This document shows positions 39,336 to 50,879 of a stretch of DNA of 64,000 nucleotides, piece by piece. The notes beneath the pieces were generated by a model. That model was not told the DNA's origin. It saw only the letters and a program-made list of their open reading frames with translations, and made no database searches. This DNA comes from Lama glama (lineage: Eukaryota): assembly GCA_028534125.1 (NCBI GenBank), contig CM052817.1, positions 62,808,001 to 62,872,000 on the forward strand, written 5' to 3'. A program made the translations under genes and the position numbers. The first letter of the stretch is position 1. Every line of letters begins with the position of its first letter.

Positions 39336-41059
39336 ATGACAAATTAAGCTAGCATGCTTCAACATCCCTTATGCCAATGTTTCTCAGCAACACTGCATTC
39401 ACTTATTGATAATAAATGAAATTCAAAATGAAATTTCAAATAAATGAAAGTCCATATTGAATTAAATCAATATTGTATTGAATATAATCAGAGTTGAACA
39501 TAATCATCACTATTTTCTGTTTAAAAATTTTTAAGTATTATCAATGTCTCCCTGTACTATATAAAATTTTTGATCAGATAAATGCAACCTAAGAGATCTA
39601 GTTGCAGAATTATTATAATTTTTATGTCCCTATTAACTTTTTGTATTTCCACATTAATTCTTTTCAGATTGTCTGTCTTTATCTTTTTTGATCTTTTGCC
39701 TTTTTTATAGGCACAATTAAGCAATACATAAGAAACAAGGAAAACAATTTAAAATTATGGTATGTACAACCATCATGTGATAAAACAGCTGAAAGGCTGA
39801 GTCTTGAATATGCTCATTCAATCTCCTCTAATAGTTGTAAATGCACACTTGATCACTCAAGCTGTTCTGTATTAAAGGGGGAGATATTTTTATTACTGAA
39901 GCTATTCACTGATTTTTTCAAAGCAGAAATCCAAATGTGTCATTATAGGTTTTCATCATTTGATGTTACCCACTTTCCAAACCAATACATTGCCAACTTC
40001 CCTATGACTTCTACTAAGCAAACACTAATTGGAAAATGAATTCACAAGAGACATTCTAAGGTTTAGGTATCATTGTGGCATAATCACGTGCATGGTTCTA
40101 GTCAAAAACATTAACTATTTAAGATTCACATCTTATGAATCATGTTTAGCCAAACACAACCTGCAAACTGCTCTAGCATAGCTGGCTAAGAAATACCAGT
40201 TTGTTAAAGTTCCTGGTTAACTTCTGGAAGAGTTCATCAGTTCTGCAGGGAGCTTAAAAAGGACCCACATTGTATCTGCCAAGGACGGTAATACACGCTG
40301 ATAAATTATGTTAACATTTATATTATCAAAACTTTACAGCAACAGAGTATATGTAATTACTAAATAAGTTTTACAGCTGCTAAAGAAGATATCTCACTTG
40401 GATAATAAGGGTTTATCACAGTCTAGAAGTCTATGTTCTCTCTTCTACTTCACCACTCTCACCCTGGATCCACCACTGATCTAGCAAAGACTCGTAACTC
40501 AGTAAACCCAAACAAGTGAGTTCATATGAAATCAAGAGTCAAAGCTAGTCCATGAGTTGACAATGGAATTAACAACAGAAATTAAGCTCAATTATTGGGT
40601 GATCAGGACTTGTGATGGAGGCAAATCGCACTTGTTTCTGGCATTTAGACATGTAGGACGTGAATAGAAATATAACAGTAAGAAGTGAAAAAAGGTGACA
40701 TCAGTGAAACAGCAGCCTACAAACATTGTTATTGTGGAGACAGAGCTTCACAGGTCTCAGCAACCTTTTGGTATACAGTGTAACAATACAAATTTAAAAA
40801 GAAGACTCAGATCCCTCAAGAAAAATCTACTTTTCTATCTAGGGGGGTTATTATATTTAGGAACATTTACAAAAAAAAAATGGCTAAAATGATATAAAAT
40901 ATATGATGGTGTTAAAAATACACGGATTCCACAGTAACTCAGGCTTCCTACCTGTGCTGTGATCACACCCTTAAGTACCTGCAAAGCCCTTCTCCTCCAC
41001 TTCCACAACAGGTAACAGCACATTATTTGAGGGCTTCAAATTAAAGAACTGGCAGCCCT

Positions 41060-41512
41060 TGTATCTGTTGGGTCCTCCAATTAGCACATGTCAAGTAAGA
41101 GTTAGAAGTGCCAGGAATTTACTGGAAGAAATGCTGGTGAAAATAAGAGGGGACAATTATAGTAAGAGTAGATCTCAAAATCCTTCAGACCATTCTACAG
41201 GTCTGATATTTGTAAAAGAAGAAGATAAAAAATGGAAAGTAGGGTAGGAAAGGTCTCAGACTGCATTGCAGCTTTGAAAAAGTTAGCAATCCATGTGGGA
41301 GCTCAAGCACAGACTGCTGGGAGAGGAGTCCTGCATCCACACGGGGCAGGAGTGGTCAGGCTTCCTATTCCCACCATGCTCAGCCATTGCATGGCCTCAG
41401 GCAAATGCTATGTTATATTCTGAAGGCACTGTAGCTGGAGGGTGTCAGCTGACTAAGCTCCTCACAGGTGATCATGCAGCTCTTTTGTGAAGGGAGATCC
41501 ATGGCTGTCACA
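41060..41512 (-). mobile_element. ERVL solo LTR (LTR16-like)
   Basis: tgtatctgttgggtcctcc; ccttcagacc...caggtctga; ctcagactgc; gaggagtcctgca; gctcagccattg; gaagggagatcc...gtcaca. Confidence 0.75.
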
Positions 41513-42034
41513 GACATTCCCACACATTCAGCAGCTATAGCCTTATTCTCCTGGTTTTGAATCCCTTTCCGTTTATTTGATCTAAGATGGTCTGCTGACT
41601 CTTTCTGAATCTATTATTTTCTCCAAAGTTGAGTTGGAAACTGCCACCCCAGTCCTGTAGCAACATCGTCTGTTTCTGTCTGTAGCTTCCTGTTTAGCAT
41701 GGAGGACTAAATCTTAACCCAATGTTCCTAATCCAGGCACTGTGCTTTCCCTTTATTCCTGCTGAAACATGACAAGTTCAGCTCTGATTTGGCCTAAGAT
41801 TGGTACAGTAATTGCATTTGTCTTCTATTTAATGAATTAAATGTGAAACAATGAATATACATTGAGTATCAATTCCAATCTGATATTGATTATTCAGAAA
41901 CTTAATATAAGAATAACCTCCATTTTGAAAGATTCTTATTGAAATACAATGCATAAATGAGACTATGTGGTTATGTGTATATTACATTCACTCTCTTTCA
42001 TTCTCTTTCTTTTGTTCTTCTCTCCTTCCTTCTT

Positions 42035-42561
42035 CCTTTTTATTATATGGGGTACAGTTGATTTACAATATTGTGTTAGTTTTAGGTATATAGCAAAGTG
42101 ATTCAGTTATATACATATATGTATATGTGTGTATATATATATATACACACACATGTATGTATTTTCAGATTATTTTCCCTTATAGGTTATATTGAATATC
42201 GAATATAATCTCCTGCGCTATACAGTAAATCCTTGTTGCTTATCTATTTTATGTATAGTAGTTTGTATCTGTTAATCCCATGCTCCTAATTTATCCCTCC
42301 CCTCTTCTTTCCTCATTGGTAAATATAAGTTTATTTTCTATGTCTGTGAGTCTGTTTCTGTTTTGTATATAGATTTCATTTGTATTATTTTTAAAATTCC
42401 ATATATAAGTGATATAACATTTGTCTTACTCTGTCTGACTTACTTCTGGTAAGTCTCTAGATCCATTTATGTTGCTGCAAATGGCAACATTTCATTCTTC
42501 TTTATGGCTAAGTAAAATCCAATTGTCTATCACTTCTTCTTAAGCCGATTATTGGTGGGCA
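42035..42561 (-). mobile_element. Twin-primed L1: non-inverted 3' segment
   Basis: T-tail, then cetartiodactyl-type 3' UTR (tacagttgatttacaatattgtgttagttt...gcaaagtgattcagttatata) running to ...ttggtgggca. Confidence 0.9.
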
Positions 42562-43800
42562 TGGAAAGATACCCCAGGCTCTTGAATTGGAAGAATTAAT
42601 ATTGTTAAAATGATCATTCTACCCAAAGCAATCTACAGATTTAATGCAAAATTACCCAGGGCGTTTTTCACAGAACAAACAATTGTAAAATTTATATGGA
42701 GCCACAAAAGACCCAGAATTGCCAAAGTGATCCTGAGGAAAAAAGAACAAAGCTGGAGGCATAAACCTCCCAGACTTCAGAAAATACCACAAAGCTACAG
42801 TAATCAAAATAGTGTGGTATTGGCACAAAAACAGACATATACATCAATAGGACAGAATAGAGTGCTCTGAAATAAACCCACACGCTATGGTCAAATTATC
42901 TATGACAAATGAGGCAAGAATATACAATAAAGAAAAGACAGTCTCTTCAACAAATGGCATTGGGAAAGCTGGACAGCTGTATATAAATCAATGAAGTTAT
43001 TTAGAACACTCCCTCATACCATATACAAAAAAACTCAAAATGATTTAAAGACCTAACTGTAAGACAGGACACCTTAAAACTCCTAGAAGAGAACACAGGA
43101 AAAACATTCTAGGACACAAATTGTAGCAATATTTTCTTAGATTAGTCTCCCACGGCAAATGAAATTAAAGCATAAATAAACAAATGGGACCTAATCAAAC
43201 TTAAAAGCTTTTGTACAATTAAGGAAACCATCAACAAAATGAAAAGACAACCTACTAAATAGGAGAAAACATTTGTAAATGATGCAACTGACAGGAGGTT
43301 AATATCCAAACTATCCAAACAGCTCCTCAATTTAGTAACAACAACAACAAAAAACCCCAACCCAATCAAAAAATGGGCAGAAGACCTAAACAGACATTTC
43401 TCCAAAGAAGACATACAGATGGCCAACAGGCACATGAAAAGATGCTCCACATTGCTAATTAGTAGAGAAATGCAAATCAAAACCACAATGCAGCATCATT
43501 TCACACCAGTCAGAATGGTCATCATCAAAAAGTCCACAAATAATAAATGCTGGAGAGGGTGTGGAGAAAAAGAAACCCTTGTACACTGTTGGTAGGAATG
43601 TAAATTGGTGCAGCCACAATGGAAAACACTATGTAGGTTCCTTAAAAAATAAAAACAGAGTTACCATATGATCCAGCAATACCATTCCTGGGCATGTATT
43701 TGGAAAAGACAAAAAGTCTAATTCAAAAAGATACATGCATCCCAATGTTCATGGCAGCACTATTTACAAATGCCAACACATGGAAACAACCCAAGTGCCC
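42562..43800 (+). mobile_element. Twin-primed L1: inverted ORF2 segment
   Basis: tggaaagatacccc...[13 protein letters not shown] (ORF 42610) through ...TWKQPKCP (ORF 43694), in the opposite orientation to the 3' segment. Confidence 0.92.
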
Positions 43801-43869
43801 TTCCTTCCTTTTCTTTATTGAAAAACTGCACATTATTTTTAACAGAAATGTTTCCACACGTTTACACAA

Positions 43870-44706
43870 AGACATATATAAAGAGAAATACAAATCAAAA
43901 CCACAGTGAGATATCACTCCATACCTACTAGGATGACTAAAATTAAAAAAACAGCAAGTATTGGTGAGAGTGTGGAGAAATTTGAATCCTTATACGTAGC
44001 TTGTGAGAATATAAAATGGTGCAGCAACTTCAGAAAAGTCTAGCAGTTTCTCAACATAGTATACTTAGAGTTACTACATAATCCAACAATTCTACTCCTA
44101 GGTATATATCCAAAAGTATTGAAAACTTATGCCCATACATAAACTTGTACACAGGTGTTCATAACAGTATCATTCATAATATCCAAAAAGTGGAAACAAT
44201 CCAAATGCCCAATGACTGATAAATGAATAAATAAAATGTGGTATATTCTTGCAAAGAATATTATTCAACCATAAAAATGGATGAAGTGCTTATATATGCT
44301 ACAATATGAATAAAACTTGAAATCATTATGCTAGGTGAAAAATACCAACCCCATAAGCCATATATATATATCTATATATAAATGGAATCCCACTTATATT
44401 AAATGCCTAGAATAAACATATCCACAGATAAAGGAAATAGACTTTCCAAAGACTGAGGAAAGAGATAGGTAGTGACTGCTAATTGATACAGAATTCCTTT
44501 TGGGATGATGAAAATGTTCTAGAATTAGATGTGGTGATGTCTCCACAACTTTGTGAGTATACTATATATGGATCTATATACATTATCTATATATGTATAT
44601 ATATATCTATATATATAGATACATACGTATATTATATATATCACACTGAATTGTACACTTTAAAAGGGTGAGCTTAATGGTATGTGAATTATATCTCAAT
44701 AAAGCT
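43870..44706 (+). mobile_element. L1MB7/8-like 3' portion
   Basis: caaatcaaaaccacagtgagatatcac; gggatgatgaaaatgttctagaattag; ends gtatgtgaattatatctcaataaagct. Confidence 0.88.
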
Positions 44707-44794
44707 CAGACACATACAAATCAAAAAATTTTTCATTATGATATGGAAAACGTTAATGAAAAAATCCAGTTATCATCTGAATACTTAGTTTTAA

Positions 44795-45290
44795 TGATGG
44801 CTACACTAACCAGCATTCAAGATTACTTTGAATCATCCTCTGCCTATATACACTGTTTTGTAGTTCACCCCCACATAATTTGGTCTATATGACCAATAAA
44901 ATTCAGTAGAAATAATGGTATGTGTCTTCCTAGATTGGATGATGAAGGCACTGTGCCTTCCATCTTGGTCACGTCCTTTCTTGGGTCAGTCTCTATGGGG
45001 AAGCCAGCCATGCCGGGCATGACATGAAGAGTCCAAGAGGTAAGGAACTGAGGCCTCTACTCAATAGCCTTGTGAGTGATCTGAGCTGAAAATCCTCCAG
45101 CACTAGTAAAGCTTTGAGAGAAAAGCAGCGTGGGCTAACAGCTGATGTGAGCTCAGGAGATACCCTGAGCTAGAGTTACACATCTATGCTGCTGCCAGAC
45201 TCCTGGCCCTCAGACACTGTGAGAGAGTTAATTTACTGTTCTGAGCTGCTAAATTTTGAGATAATTTGTTATGCAGCAATAGATGTAGCA
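44795..45290 (+). mobile_element. MaLR solo LTR (MLT1F-like)
   Basis: ggggaagccagccatgcc; aaggaactgaggcctc; gagataccctgagc; ctcctggccctcagacactgtgaga; aatttgttatgcagcaatagat. Confidence 0.8.
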
Positions 45291-45324
45291 GCAAACTTGT
45301 AGACATATAGGTGTCGGGTGACAG

Positions 45325-45470
45325 GTATATAAATATATATACACATATTTTATTAAATATATAAAATTATATAATACACACATATATAAAATATAAAAGT
45401 ATATTTACATATTTTATTATACTATATAGTATTAAATACTTATATAACTACATTTATACATATCCTATTA
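45325..45470. repeat. AT-rich low-complexity/(TA)n tract
   Basis: Almost pure A/T with tata runs. Confidence 0.7.
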
Positions 45471-48400
45471 GAACAATAGTTAAAAAAGGTGAAGCTAAAA
45501 ATGTACAAAGGAGAAAAAAATCATTAGAGAAAAGAAATATTGTGTGAGAGTCATGTGTTCTTCAAACTTAACAACAGAAATAAAAAGATAATGAAGAGTT
45601 TCTTAACAAAAAGAGTAGACCAATGATGAACACACTAAGGACTATTCCTCATGAAAACCTTAGAGCATTATATGCATTTTCTGCCAAGTGATCAAGTGCA
45701 TTAAACAAATGTACTAAGGCACAAGCAACCCTAAACATCTAAACTCCTTGAGGTATCTGTGTACTCAAAAGCAAAATCAACATTGGATGAAATGTTAATG
45801 GACTTTTTATGGTTCTTAATTTGAGAGCTTTAGAGCAGTGTTGAATAGAGGGTTGAGGATGAAGCTTAAATAACTCCTAATGCTATGATCATTGATCTGA
45901 TAGTCTGGTGTTGAAAATCCTTAAAATTCAGATCTAGATAGGAATAAAATTATGAACTAAAGAATACTGAAGTTTCAAGGTACAGAACACAAAGTGCATT
46001 TTAAGTCAACGCAGATTATATTTTGCTCAGGAAAAAAAGGATATTTTAATCATATTGTTATGCATTTTGCAATGCTTATATTTACACATCTGAAGTGTGA
46101 CTACATAAGCAAATATGCATTATTCACAGTCAGTAACAAATCAACATTAATCCTCATAAAGGAAAAGAGAAAAGCTCCTTATTTTCTGCTGTTTTGTGGT
46201 CTCAGAGGAAGAAAGAAATGACAACAAAGTAAAAATTAAGCAAAGAAAAGCAAAATAAGATCCAAATCCCAAATTTCACTGGAATATACAATCAAAATGA
46301 TGAAAATGTGCCTAAAATTTCTGAGCAAATTTAATTAAAACCAGCCTTTCCATTGAAATTCTGTGAACACAAAATGGGATAGGGAAAAAAAAAAGTGAAT
46401 ACACCTGTTCATTGATCAAAAGTCATGCAATAATATATTGCTAGAGTCATAAGCAACCTCATTTTACACACGAAGAGAGTGAGACCCAGAAAATCTGTGT
46501 TCAATCTAAGGTCACACCATTGGGATCAGGAAGTAAATCTCTTTCTTTCCTATAATGCAATTTTTCCCATTCACTGCAATTTTTATAAATGCTTATCTCC
46601 AAGGTTCTTACACATTGGTGCTTCGTCCAATACATTAAGTTACAAGTTCCTATTCTCACTGTTTTCTTCTTGCATAAAGTGATGAATATGTAGCTAATTA
46701 TTATACATTTGAAAGAACATTTCAGATTTTATTAGGTTTTAATAAAAGTAATAGTAGTTTTAGTAGAAGTATTAGTTACTAAGAAGTACTAGGGTAATTC
46801 TGCTAGAATAGAGTCATATACTAATTGTCCATAAACTAATTAATATAATTTCTAGATCATTGACCCTCAATCAGATTTTGTTAGAAAAAGTAGGTACACA
46901 TGTATGTTCTTATATAGGTAGTCTCTCCGTTAGCCACGGACCTCACTGACATCATTGTTGAATTCTCTTTCTTCTTTATTGCTTATAATGACAATTTTCC
47001 TGCTTATTAACATAAACTCCTGAAAGCTGAGAGAGATAGTACCATCTCCAGTTAAGTTTATTTGTCTGATTGATAGTTGGTGAGGGCTGCTGAAAAGGAA
47101 AGACACAAACTATTTATTTACATGAAATTTAGGAATTTATTAGGTACATTACTTACCCAGGCCATCCTTATTTCCTATTTTCATACATGACTGACATTCA
47201 ACTAGATTCATCATGATAGAAAGAAAGAAAATTTTGAGTTTAGGAGATTGCCGCCTCTTATAATTATATCCTGGATAGTTAATAAATTGAACCTTGATTT
47301 GAGAATTTTCACAACATTCATGTAAGATATAAATGAAAGTCTTCAGAAAAAGAAAGTGACAGAAATCACTTTTTGAGGATTTTTAAAAAATAATGAACAA
47401 AGTAAAATGCTCCTAGGTTGAGCATACTTTGGACAATTTTTACCCTAAAGCAAATATTTTACTCTTGTAATAGAAATCTTCAGAAATATGGTGTATAATG
47501 GAACTGCTAAGTACTCCGTAACTATAGAGTTGCTATGGGGTACTACTGTAATGTCTTACATTTTTCTTTGTGAAAAAATTGAAAGCAACAATAATAAAGC
47601 TTAGTTTTATAATATTGAAATGCTCTCTTTCACTCCCTCTCTCCCCTCTCTCTCTGTTTTTTTAACCTCCAGGGAGAAAAACAATTAGATAAAGACAATC
47701 TAGCTAAATAGACTGGGAAACAGCCTGGCTCTGTCTATGCTTCATTACCCTCCTTCTTTCTCTGTTCACATTTTCCACAAACGGCTTGATTATGTTTACC
47801 TGACATCCTCACACTTCCCTGCTGACTGGCTGTGGGTGCTTGGAACCTAGAGAAACAATGTTTCCCACAAACATTTATACCTACTTGCAGAGAGGTCAGT
47901 CCTGGTGAATACCTAGTCGTAACTTCAATATGCCTGTGACTGTAGTTTCCCAGGTTTCAAAAGCACTTTCTGAAACTAGCCTTGCACAACAGATGTAAGG
48001 GGGAACAGGATTGCTCTGGGGTGCAAATGCTCCACGTTAGCTAAGCAAGCGCAGAATCAGAGGTTAGGAATTCATGCCCTGAATAAGAAGCATGCCCCTT
48101 AAAAGGTTGATCAAATGTTGAACTCCTTTATACTCTCAAAAGTCAGGGCTTTTCGAAATATGGCTGCTATGTTTTGATGCCCTTTTCTCCCAAATACAGC
48201 AGGATAATGGCCTCTATCTGTTGCACTGAAATAAAGTGCTTTTTCCAAGATGAAGCACTTTGCAAGCACTGTCTGGGATGAGAGCTGTGGAGAAATAACA
48301 AGCAGCAGAGCTGATTTTCCTGAGCTCTCTTTATGGACTGAGCCATAAATCTCTAACAATGTGAAGGCTTCAGAGATTTCCTACTTGCCCTCATAAGAAA

Positions 48401-49319
48401 TAGACATCATTCTATTTTCTGACAGTTCAGGTAGTAGAAGTAGGCACATTTTCCCCATAGTCACCAGGCTATGAATCTGAGTAACTAATCTACTGATAAT
48501 TAGATGTGATGCCTCAAATTAGAAACCAATATAACATGTGTGAATTAATGGCATTTCATTATGTATTACTGTCTCCATTAATAAACTGTGACTAGATTTA
48601 AGCTTTGCAGGTCTGAGGTAACTCAGGAGAGTTCTGTTCAAGTCCAGTTTCAATCAAGGACAGTACGAAAAGATGAATGTAAGAACCAAAATACACTGAA
48701 TATGTCAGAGACAAAACCATCTGTTGCCTCCCAGTGTGTGTGGGTCAAACTCCTCTCATGCTGGAAACAGCAGAGCATTGCAGAATGAAAAGTAAATGGG
48801 GATTTAAAATCCTGACTGACTCTCAATCTACACAACAGATTAAATAAGTCATATTTATGGACTTTAAGTTAGATTGGTCACAAACTGACCCAATTCACTG
48901 AGTAGAAGGAACTTGGCCTGGACTTATAAACCCTAAATCGCTGAAATCCAAGCTTTGTTTAGGAAGTGATAAAACTGAATCAAGTTCAGAAGCTGAATTT
49001 AATAGAGACCCCTGTGCTTCTACTCTCTTATTTGCAACCTCAAACTTCACTGGCTTGTTACAGCTGAATAGGCAGCATTTATGTAGTGAATAAAAAGCTG
49101 CCTTCCCTACCTCTTCACCCTTCTTCTCGAGTCATGCAGTATTTCCAAATTCAGCCTCCAATTTTAAGTGAAAAGAGATGCTATAGCCTATCTCTGCATT
49201 GTGGAGCATGGAGGACAATTTAGGTCGGCTCAGAATGATTAACCAGCAGAGAAGCCCTCCTCCTCTGCCCTGTCCAAGCACAGGCCCTGGCTTATTAGTT
49301 GGAAGCAAAATTTTCCAGT

Positions 49320-49361
49320 TGTGTGTGTGTGTGTGTGTGTGTGTGGAGGGTGTGTGTGTGT
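49320..49361. repeat. Interrupted (GT)n microsatellite
   Basis: About 12 GT units, gagg, then about 6 GT units. Confidence 0.95.
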
Positions 49362-49723
49362 AAGGGCCGGATATCACTAGTTTGCCACTGGTAAGGATAC
49401 TCCCCACTGTGTGTCTAAGCAAAGTTGAGAAAGCAAATTTGGAAGATTGCTACTTCCAAACAGATTTTATTATTTTCACTTTTAACACAATTACACACAT
49501 GTACATCTCTAATATTTAATACACATTTAAGTGAGTTAATATAAAAGGAAAGTTAATGCTTTTTACTATATTCCAAATCTTTGTATTCATCATCTTTTTT
49601 TTTTTTCCAAAATTTTCCCTCTGCCATCTTAAATCCTCCCCACCCCCGCCCTATATTCTCCTTATATACATTAATGCATTTAAATACTGGGTTTTCCTTT
49701 GGAGCACATCATGACTGCCCCAC

Positions 49724-50350
49724 TGAGACAGGATGGAAGGGGGCAGGGCACAGCCATTCAAGGAATGCTACAGCAATTAACATCAAAATGGTCAAAGATT
49801 CAACCCCTAGTAGGCCTTGAGGCTCAAGACAAGGGAGATTTAATTTCTAGCAGATCGTAAGCTTCATTATGTGCTTATTGTAATACATTAACATGGTGAA
49901 TAACATGCCCACAGGCACCATGGCAGTCCCAAGGCTAGTCACAAAAGGTCAAAGAGTCGGAAATGGCCAACTTCCTGGGAATCCCAGCCCCTTCCCTGGC
50001 TACTTAGTCTGGTCCTTCCACTTATTAGCATATGAAGCCCCCAAGTCCATAAAAACTGACAACATGGTGCCTCAGGGCCGCCCCCCCCCCTCTTTGGTGA
50101 CGGCCCACATTCTCTCTATGGAGTGTGTACCTACTTTTAATCTGAGCACCCAACTCCCACACCTCGTGGCCTTTCTCTTGCCTTTCAATGTATCTCTCTG
50201 AATAAATCTACCTTTACTCAACTGTGGCTCGCTCTTGAATTCTTTCCTGTGCAAAGCCAAGGACCCACACTTGATGGGGCATGTCCCTGGAGCTCAACCA
50301 AAGCCTGGGACACAGCCCTTCTCAAGCCCCACATCTGTTTTCCTGCATCA
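49724..50350 (+). mobile_element. ERV1 solo LTR (MER41-like)
   Basis: TG...CA termini (tgagacagg...ctgcatca); perfect TSD CCAC at 49720-49723 and 50351-50354; cataaaaa TATA-like box; ctctctatggagt; AATAAA near 50200; ttgaattctttcctgtgcaaagccaagga is typical MER41 U5. Confidence 0.9.
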
Positions 50351-50665
50351 CCACTACCTGGCTATTTCCCTGAACTTGATCTTGGCTAGTGTGTCTCTTA
50401 GATGTACTTGGATTACATAGTACGTTTCATTCTTTTATTTTACTCACACTAACATCTAAAGTCCTGAATGATGTGAATTCATGGATTTCTCTTCTAAAAA
50501 CCAATATAACTTTTGAGAAAGTCAGTGTAGTCTTAATTTAACTTTGCCAATGCTATTGCAAGCTCTATTGTTTCAGTTAGTCAAATTTAGAACTTAAAAG
50601 CAATATTCTCTTCCCTTTTTCTTTACTACTTAAAAATTGTAATTAGTTTGCTCCAAAGCCTTTCT

Positions 50666-50879
50666 TTCTTTCTTTCTTTCTTTTTTTTTTTAACTGAAGT
50701 ATAGTCAGTTTACAATGTTTGCCAGTTTCTGGTGTACAGCATAATGTTTCAGTCATACATGTATACATATATACATATATTTGTTTTCATATTCTTTTTC
50801 ATTATAGGTTACTATAAGACACTAAATAAGTTTCCTATGCTATACAGTATAAACTTATTTATTTATATATAGTAGTTAG
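50666..50879 (-). mobile_element. Young, severely 5'-truncated L1 3' end
   Basis: (TTTC)n/poly-T tail; gaagtatagtcagtttacaatgtt; flanked by a 22-bp direct repeat tagtttgctccaaagc(c/a)tttct. Confidence 0.92.

Noticed and set aside
42610..43909. ORFs with clear protein similarity (L1 ORF2) as active genes
   Set aside because: Fragmented by stops and frameshifts and 5'-truncated; dead retrotransposon sequence.
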